A stretch of DNA of 64,000 nucleotides from Promethearchaeota archaeon. GTDB lineage: Archaea; Asgardarchaeota; Lokiarchaeia; Sigyniarchaeales; SOKP01. The notes under the pieces were generated by a model, which saw only the letters and a program-made list of their open reading frames with translations, was not told the origin of the DNA and made no database searches. The stretch spans positions 1 to 64,000 of the forward strand of contig JAEOSU010000048.1 of NCBI GenBank assembly GCA_016840165.1, given 5' to 3'. Both the position numbers and the translations under genes were made by a program. Positions 57,542 through 64,000 of this stretch are shown in pieces. Numbering within the stretch: position 1 is the stretch's first letter; every line of letters starts with the position of its first letter.

Positions 57542-58699
57542 ATGGATGCCTATTGGACCATCATTGATGGTGTATATAATACCTCCCTTACTTTGTTCTT
57601 TTTCATCTTAATGTTTTTAATGTTTTTTATTGGAAGAAAGGGATTACGGGCAAAGAATAGGTATGGAGGAGTCTCTTCTATAATATGTGGTGTATGTTTT
57701 TTAATTTTTGGTTTTTATAATTCTCTCTTCAGATTTTTTCCATATCCTTATAATGGATTTATGATCTGGTGGATTTCCTTTAATTTATTACTTAATATAT
57801 TATTTTCTATGACAATTAAAAGGACTAAAACAAAAATGGAAACCAAATCGCTAGGTGATATTACATCGAGCGAGAATAGCAAAAAATCTTCGATATTACA
57901 AAGATATATATTAAGAATGACGAAAGAGGATCCTTACCAAGAAGATATTACTATCAAAATGGAAGTAATTCGGAAAAGCTTTCATTTAACAGGATTTTTA
58001 ATCTTGATTGCATATTATGGACTATTCTTAATACCCCCTTTAGCCCAAATTGTCAATGATAGTGTCATTGTATTTATAAATCAAGTAAAACCTTCATACA
58101 ATTTCTTGTGGGGCGCAATTTCGGATTATCCATATAGTATTGGTGATTTTAATGCCGTAATTGGTCTAACAATGTTTGCTTTAATGGCATCCTTGGTTTT
58201 TGCCATTATTTCTGATATAATTAGAATAATGTGGGGTCCAGAATATTCCATCTTTAACTTTTTAACCAAATCGATGTTAAGAAATAAGGAAAGAAATGCT
58301 GCTGGCCCCCAAATCTACATAATTACCGGATTTATCTTTAGTTATATGCTTTATATGGCGGGAATCATTCATATTTCAGCTTTTTTTGCAGGAATCTTAA
58401 TTGCATGTCTTTCAGATGCTGCAGCAGCACTGATTGGTCGTAATTTCGGAAAACATAAAATTAAGCTAAGAAATAATGAAGTAAAATCAATAGAAGGGTT
58501 TGCTGCGGGAGTAATTGTTGCCTATGTAATTGGATTTTTTTTAGTAGGTCCAATCTATGCAATAATCGGTGCCGTGATATTTTTTATAACAGATTACTTA
58601 CCTGCGTTTACTGCAGATAATATTTTAAATCCAATTTTTATTCCAATTGGAATACAATTATTTATAGCACTTTTAGGATTACCAGTAGGAATATTTTAA
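57542..58699 (+). CDS. CTP-dependent polyprenol/diacylglycerol kinase family (SEC59/DGK1-like) membrane protein
   Basis: E..RKSFH, D.AAALIG..FG, KSIEG, DN...P; extra N-terminal TMs. Confidence 0.82.
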   Translation: MDAYWTIIDGVYNTSLTLFFFILMFLMFFIGRKGLRAKNRYGGVSSIICGVCFLIFGFYNSLFRFFPYPYNGFMIWWISFNLLLNILFSMTIKRTKTKMETKSLGDITSSENSKKSSILQRYILRMTKEDPYQEDITIKMEVIRKSFHLTGFLILIAYYGLFLIPPLAQIVNDSVIVFINQVKPSYNFLWGAISDYPYSIGDFNAVIGLTMFALMASLVFAIISDIIRIMWGPEYSIFNFLTKSMLRNKERNAAGPQIYIITGFIFSYMLYMAGIIHISAFFAGILIACLSDAAAALIGRNFGKHKIKLRNNEVKSIEGFAAGVIVAYVIGFFLVGPIYAIIGAVIFFITDYLPAFTADNILNPIFIPIGIQLFIALLGLPVGIF

Positions 58700-58729
58700 A
58701 CATAAAACGATATATTTTAGTTCATTATT

Positions 58730-59563
58730 ATGTCGCAATTGATTGATGATTTGAAAGATGTTAGGTTGGCTATATTTGATCTTGATGGAATTGTTTATCG
58801 TGGAAATAATGAAATTCCAGGGGTAGCAAACATTATAAAAAGATTGAAAGCAAGGTCCATTCGAGTTGTGTTTAACTCAAACAATTCGACTTTAACTCGA
58901 AAGATGTATGTGGAAAAATTAAGAAAGTTTCAGATAGCCAGTACTATTGATGATATCTTCACTAGCGCTTACATTACTGCTGAAGAGATCAGTAAGATAA
59001 AACTTAATGCACAAATTTATATTATTGGAGAAAAAGGGTTAAAAGAAGAGCTAAAAGCAAAAAACCACCAAATATGTGAAGATGTAATAGAACCTAATAC
59101 TATTGATTTTGTAATAGTGGGATTAGATCGAAACTTTAATTATAAGAAGTTAGCAATCGCTCAAAACTGCATTTCTCAAGGTCATGCTCAGTTTTATGCA
59201 ACAAATACAGATGCTACTCTACCAGAGAATGATATTGAACTTCCCGGAGCTGGATGTATGGTTGCTGCGCTAGAGAGATGTGTTTCTCAAAAACCAATAA
59301 GTGTTTTTGGAAAGCCCTCTCCTTTAGGAATAAAAATGATATTAGAAAAAACAAAAATTCAACCCTATAATACGGTTATCTTTGGAGATCGGTTAGATAC
59401 AGATATTATGGCGGGCAATCAAGCAAGAATCAAGACAGTACTTGTTTTAACAGGAGTGACTACAAAGGAAAATATCAATGAACTTAAGGAAAAAAAAGAT
59501 ATTATGGAGAACAATTTATTCCCAAATATAATCATCAATTCCTTAGAAGAAATATTTGTATAA
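58730..59563 (+). CDS. HAD-IIA family hydrolase (NagD-like)
   Basis: DLDG, SNNS, GKP, GDRLDTDI..G, VLTGV. Confidence 0.92.
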   Translation: MSQLIDDLKDVRLAIFDLDGIVYRGNNEIPGVANIIKRLKARSIRVVFNSNNSTLTRKMYVEKLRKFQIASTIDDIFTSAYITAEEISKIKLNAQIYIIGEKGLKEELKAKNHQICEDVIEPNTIDFVIVGLDRNFNYKKLAIAQNCISQGHAQFYATNTDATLPENDIELPGAGCMVAALERCVSQKPISVFGKPSPLGIKMILEKTKIQPYNTVIFGDRLDTDIMAGNQARIKTVLVLTGVTTKENINELKEKKDIMENNLFPNIIINSLEEIFV

Positions 59564-59608
59564 AGGGGAAAATTAATTCCTATCTAGCAATCATATTATG
59601 AGATCAAG

Positions 59609-60148
59609 TTAAGAGAATTTTGCACGTTGAATCATTAATTTTGTCATCTCATAAAAAATATCCTCAACATTCTGGCCATTCTTAGAGGAACACTCAACAT
59701 ACCCATAAAGATTGTATTTTTTCGCCAGTTCATAAGCTTCCTTACTTGAAACTGTTCTTTTGTATTGTAAATCCAATTTTCCACCGACCATAATCACCGG
59801 AATCTGTTGATAATTACCAATATACCCTTTTTTAAAAATAGTGATCCAGTCATGGAAGTTCTTTAAACTGGAATATCTGGTGATATCATACATGAAGATT
59901 CCTCCAGATGCGCCAACAACATAGCTTGGTAATAAAAAGCGGAAGCGATCTTCTCCAGCAAAGTCCCATATTTGAAGGCTAACTTTCTTATCATCAACTA
60001 TGAGTTTTTTAATGTGAAAATCTACTCCAATAGTCATTGTAGAGTTTGATTTAAACACCCCAGTTAAATAACGATTAACTAAAGTAGTTTTTCCTACACC
60101 ACCATCCCCAAATAGGCAGACTTTGAACATTACATCGCTTTCCGACAT
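59609..60148 (-). CDS. Rab-like small GTPase
   Basis: FKV...GDGGVGKT, TIGVDF, LQIWDFAG, GKLD, E.SSK; no C-terminal Cys. Confidence 0.93.
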   Translation of the reverse strand: MSESDVMFKVCLFGDGGVGKTTLVNRYLTGVFKSNSTMTIGVDFHIKKLIVDDKKVSLQIWDFAGEDRFRFLLPSYVVGASGGIFMYDITRYSSLKNFHDWITIFKKGYIGNYQQIPVIMVGGKLDLQYKRTVSSKEAYELAKKYNLYGYVECSSKNGQNVEDIFYEMTKLMIQRAKFS

Positions 60149-60531
60149 AATAACCAGATTTTTTAACCACAAAAATAGTAGTTAAAATTCAAATTGTATT
60201 ATTAATAATAGTTGTTTCTTAAAAATTATTAGTTATACAAGATATTAAATATATTTAGTTTAATTTCATAATATTTTTTTTTATTTTCAGGTCTTATTGA
60301 GTTCATATTAGAAGAGATGAATTGAGAGAAAAAAATGGCAGAATCCGCACCTAATTCTAACTATTTTACTTCAGTTGGTAAAGCAAGAACAAGGATAAGT
60401 TAAGATCAGATTTTTAAAAGATTACAAAAGAAAGGTAAATATAAAAAGAATAAATAATCTCTTTATTTTTTACTTTATTGGCTTAAGAGACATGTTTTAA
60501 TAGACTGATTGCTTTTCCTAATTAGGTCAAT

Positions 60532-61695
60532 ATGGGAACAAAGATCGCAATCGTTAATGTAAAAGAGTATGATTCTATTCAAGATGCTATTGTAGCCGCG
60601 ATACAATTGGTGGAAGACTCATTTAAATTTAACATTCTGGATTGTAAAAATATTTTATTGAAACCTAATTTATTAAGAGCCACAAAAGATGCATGTACTC
60701 AACCAGAATTTGTAGATGGAACATTGGCATATCTAAAACAAAAAAAGATTCCAAAAGAAACTATAAATATCGGGGATTCTCCAGGGCAGATAAATACATT
60801 TGCTTCAAAAATCGCTCAAAAAGTAGGAATTTATGACGTTGTTGAACGAGAGGGCATAAATTTTATCGATTTCGAGCGAGAAGTACCTGTTAAGGTTAAA
60901 ATTGAGGGTGCATTACGATTTAAAGAGTGCTATATATCAAAACCTGTTATTGATTGTGATCTTCTTATAGATTTGCCAAAGCTAAAGACTCATGGAGAGG
61001 CAACGATCACTGGGGCAATAAAGAATTATTGGGGGATCATTCCAGGTGGATTAAAAGCTAAAACACACCTGTTAGGTAAAACTGCTGATCAATTCGGAGA
61101 GGTGCTTGCCGATAATTATTCATGGGTCGTAAAAAATAAACCTAATCGATTAATTGTATATGATCTGCACACTATTATGCAGGGAGCCATGGGCCCTGTG
61201 AGTGGGCGGATGAAAAATTGGAATTTAGTTTTAGCAGGTACTGATGAATTGGCTCTTGATACGGTAGCACTCGAAATTGGAAAGTATAAAGGGCTTCAAT
61301 ATGTACCACATCTAAAAAATGCTTATGAAAGAGGTTTAGGTATCGGAGATTTGAATGAGATCGAGATTGTTGGAATTCCTTTAGAAGAAGCAAAAAAAAT
61401 GACGCCTAAATTTAAAGTACCTGGAAGACGCATGACTAAACTAGCAACATCTATTACGGGAGGGATAGTGTATCGAATCACGAAGCGTATCCCAACACTA
61501 ATCAAAAAAAAATGCGCTCAATGTGGCCAATGTTCAGAAATCTGTCCTGCTATGGCTATAGAGTTCAAAAAAAATGAATATCCACGATTTAATCGAGATG
61601 TGTGTATCTCTTGCCTATGTTGTATGGAGATATGCCCTCAAGAAGCGATAAAAGCTAAAAAGAGAGGTTTCTTTGGTCTATTTCATAAATATTAG
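60532..61695 (+). CDS. DUF362 family protein with C-terminal 2x[4Fe-4S] ferredoxin
   Basis: LLKPN, PKLKTH, KN..G, CAQCGQC...CP and CISCLCC...CP. Confidence 0.9.
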   Translation: MGTKIAIVNVKEYDSIQDAIVAAIQLVEDSFKFNILDCKNILLKPNLLRATKDACTQPEFVDGTLAYLKQKKIPKETINIGDSPGQINTFASKIAQKVGIYDVVEREGINFIDFEREVPVKVKIEGALRFKECYISKPVIDCDLLIDLPKLKTHGEATITGAIKNYWGIIPGGLKAKTHLLGKTADQFGEVLADNYSWVVKNKPNRLIVYDLHTIMQGAMGPVSGRMKNWNLVLAGTDELALDTVALEIGKYKGLQYVPHLKNAYERGLGIGDLNEIEIVGIPLEEAKKMTPKFKVPGRRMTKLATSITGGIVYRITKRIPTLIKKKCAQCGQCSEICPAMAIEFKKNEYPRFNRDVCISCLCCMEICPQEAIKAKKRGFFGLFHKY

Positions 61696-61750
61696 AGATC
61701 ATTTATTTCTTAAGAGTTAAAGTAAATTTAAAAAATAACAAAGAAAAATT

Positions 61751-62146
61751 ATGAATTCTGAAGATGGGAATAATACTAACAAAAGTGAAAATTTATCCCA
61801 ATTCCTTACCGAATTGAAGGAAGAAGGTAAGTTTCAAGGAGTTTTGTTATCTTATAGAGATGGAGAGGATATTTGTAGCGTCTTTAATGAAAGTATTAAA
61901 ACCATTAACATTCAAGAATTATCTTCAATGTGTGCATCAGTATTGGAGGGTGCTAACAACCTTAGAAAGTTAATAGGTGAGGAGAAGTTAACCAAAATAG
62001 TCACAGAATTAAATTCTTATACTCTCATTATTGTTCAATGTGATAAAAATGTATTTTTAACTATTATTGCTGATTTTGATTCCCGTGTAAATCTAATATT
62101 AGATTCTATTGAAAAGTATCAAAAAAAAATAATTTTTTTGTATTGA
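61751..62146 (+). CDS. Roadblock/LC7-like protein
   Basis: GVLLSYRDG..I.S...LSSMCASVL..A..L...G; beta strands and terminal helix. Confidence 0.8.
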   Translation: MNSEDGNNTNKSENLSQFLTELKEEGKFQGVLLSYRDGEDICSVFNESIKTINIQELSSMCASVLEGANNLRKLIGEEKLTKIVTELNSYTLIIVQCDKNVFLTIIADFDSRVNLILDSIEKYQKKIIFLY

Positions 62147-62175
62147 TTCTGTGAATTATAAAGTCATAACTGAAC

Positions 62176-63441
62176 TTAAGTAGCCTTATCTATGAAATTT
62201 ATGTATTGAACACATATATCGACTACTTGACCTAAAGCTTCTTTTTCAATGACTTCGGGCGTATCAAATCGTGTATGGTAGTAAGGAGCAAGGGTTTCTG
62301 AGAGGTTAAGACCTCCGATAGTGGTCGCAGGAATCTCTTTTTTACTAAATGCCGCAGCATCAGTAGCACCGAAGGGCAGTTTACCTAATTTAGATAAAGG
62401 ATTGATCTTTTTCGCTATATCGTATATGGGTTTATAAACCTTAGGATCATGGGTAGCTCCTATGCCCGGTTCCTTAGTAAGAATTTCCAATATATCTTTC
62501 TTTGCAATACCATCCATATTTACAACATGCGTATTAGAAGCTTTTAAATCTCTTAAATGTGCGCTAATATATCGTTTTGAGCCTCTAAGCCCAGCTTCCT
62601 CACCTGCAAAAGAGATTAAGTAGATCCGAGTATGGGCAGGGAACATTTCTGATTCCTTATTATCGGATAAACATTTACCTATTCCTAATACAATAGAAAC
62701 TCCAGACAAATTGTCGAATGCTCCAAGTACAGGTTTGTAGCTATGGAAAAAAACATAGGCTAATGCGATTGGAATAAAGGCAAGAAAGAAGATACCAAAC
62801 CCAAAAAATAGAAGATCAAAACCTATGGAAAGTATTTGAAAGATTATTTTAATTATAATAACTATAAATAAAACTGCAACCCCAAAATAACCAAAATTAA
62901 TAATAATTTGGCCAAATCGCTTAAAATAGTAAAAAGTGTTAAACTCAAACTGCGAATCGTGATGAGCCGAAAAAATGATACTATTTTTTACATCATTTTT
63001 TGGATTAATAACACCAATAACGTTTTTTGATGTTTTCTTCGGAAACAAGAAATCAAAAAATTCATGATACTTCATTACTTCGGTTATAAAATAGCTTATT
63101 GTTATTATTACTAAAATTACTGCGATTAAAATAAATAAAAAGCTTACAAACATCGGTAAGGGAAGGATATTAAGGTCTATTAATAGTGAAAGCCAATAGA
63201 GGCAAATAGAAATTAACGCTAATAGTGCACCATACCTAATACCACCTAAAAAAGCGTGTGGACTACTGATATATTCTTCTTGATGAGTTGTATCACAGAA
63301 TTTTTGCATCTCCTTTTCTACTTTATCACCAGCAAGAAGTTCTTGTTCCGTTCCAGACTCTCGGGGTCCAATTTCATCACAGATGTCTTTAATAAACTGT
63401 AACATATAATTATTTAAATTATCATCAACCATTATTATCAT
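62176..63441 (-). CDS. M28 family membrane metallopeptidase
   Basis: GPR.SG, AHHD, GAFDNLSG, GEE.GL.G, TD, YHT..D; four TMs. Confidence 0.88.
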   Translation of the reverse strand: MIIMVDDNLNNYMLQFIKDICDEIGPRESGTEQELLAGDKVEKEMQKFCDTTHQEEYISSPHAFLGGIRYGALLALISICLYWLSLLIDLNILPLPMFVSFLFILIAVILVIITISYFITEVMKYHEFFDFLFPKKTSKNVIGVINPKNDVKNSIIFSAHHDSQFEFNTFYYFKRFGQIIINFGYFGVAVLFIVIIIKIIFQILSIGFDLLFFGFGIFFLAFIPIALAYVFFHSYKPVLGAFDNLSGVSIVLGIGKCLSDNKESEMFPAHTRIYLISFAGEEAGLRGSKRYISAHLRDLKASNTHVVNMDGIAKKDILEILTKEPGIGATHDPKVYKPIYDIAKKINPLSKLGKLPFGATDAAAFSKKEIPATTIGGLNLSETLAPYYHTRFDTPEVIEKEALGQVVDICVQYINFIDKAT

Positions 63442-63509
63442 CTAACTTATATGAAAATAATATTAATATTGAGAAAAACAATATTTTTCAAAAACTTTGG
63501 TTTTTTATT

Positions 63510-64000
63510 ATGAAAAGAGATTTTTTGAGAAACGAAACATTTGAAGGCACTTTTCCCTATATACCTCATTACCAAGAGATCAACGACTTTCAGATGCATT
63601 ATGTTGATGAAGGAGCAGGTGAACCAATAGTTATGTTCCATGGCATGCCAACTTGGAGTTATCTTTATCGAAATTTTATTGAGAGTTTGTCCAAAAACAA
63701 TAGAGTAGTCGTGCCAGATCAAATGGGATTCGGAAAAAGTGATGTTCCCCAAGATAAACCTTATCGACTCGAACAGCACCTGGATAATACCATTAAATTG
63801 CTAGTAGGGCTTGATTTACATGATATAACGTTAGTTGTGCAGGATTGGGGAGGTCCAATAGGAATTGGTTTTGGAGTTCATCACCCAGAAAGGATCAAAC
63901 GAATGGTAATTATGAATACCAGTATTGGAGTTATGAAGGAAGGATCTAAACCATGGTATCAACCATTAGTAGAAAAAGGGATTTATGAATCGGTTATCTC
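63510..64000 (+). CDS. Haloalkane dehalogenase-like alpha/beta hydrolase (partial, runs off the window)
   Basis: Hand translation: MHYVDEG.GEP.V..HG.PTWSYLYR, PDQMGFGKSD.P, LVVQDWGGPIG. Confidence 0.88.
   Translation, partial: MKRDFLRNETFEGTFPYIPHYQEINDFQMHYVDEGAGEPIVMFHGMPTWSYLYRNFIESLSKNNRVVVPDQMGFGKSDVPQDKPYRLEQHLDNTIKLLVGLDLHDITLVVQDWGGPIGIGFGVHHPERIKRMVIMNTSIGVMKEGSKPWYQPLVEKGIYESVI

Noticed and set aside
127-61505. Many 60-120 aa ORFs antisense or out of frame within larger genes (e.g. 127..336, 5617..5883, 8924..9244, 12704..13012, 40871..41230, 42718..43032, 51664..51885)
   Set aside because: They overlap well-supported genes, have S/F/L/I-rich shadow composition and show no motifs
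63447-63779. 110-aa minus-strand ORF
   Set aside because: Antisense shadow of the haloalkane-dehalogenase-like gene starting at 63510 on +, which the track missed because it runs off the window
1-64000. CRISPR arrays, tRNA/rRNA genes, transposases, integrases
   Set aside because: No regularly spaced repeats, T-loop/cloverleaf signatures or mobile-element motifs found by eye. The RNase H-fold domain at ~8690-9160 has YqgF/Tex motifs, not transposase or TnpB context. A tRNAscan/Infernal run would be needed to exclude small RNAs
1-64000. Selenocysteine (TGA) read-through or programmed frameshifts
   Set aside because: Recognised enzymes appear full length with Cys at their motif positions; I saw no split gene pairs

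Overview
AT-rich (roughly 30% GC by eye), gene-dense chromosomal segment from an Asgard archaeon, most likely Lokiarchaeia/Promethearchaeota. The assignment rests on archaeal information genes (tfb, proS, rpoE1, spt4, rpoN, rps6e, rpl24e, rpl7ae, rps28e, rps24e, rps27ae, kae1, bud32) together with eukaryotic-signature families (Rab-like GTPase, roadblock and longin-like proteins, a gelsolin-like protein). Metabolic genes point to peptide and amino-acid fermentation (HypD-like glycyl radical enzyme, PepD, M24 and M28 peptidases, LarA), C1 metabolism (Fae-Hps), glycogen (GH57) and a GlpA-type three-gene cluster. I saw no rRNA, tRNA, CRISPR array or mobile element. The most unusual items are: (1) a 760-aa EF-G/EF-2-like translational GTPase fused to an apparently catalytically intact YqgF/Tex-type RNase H domain, next to a dual-specificity phosphatase; (2) a tandem pair of membrane proteins with paralogous ectodomains, one ending in a GAIN-like HFS autoproteolysis motif and the other carrying a cytoplasmic double winged helix; (3) an MFS-transporter/longin-like fusion upstream of a roadblock gene; (4) apparent ATT start codons for rpoE1 and the DUF106 gene; (5) a candidate K-turn at the rpl7ae ribosome-binding site. 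All calls come from motif recognition by eye; no database searches were run.
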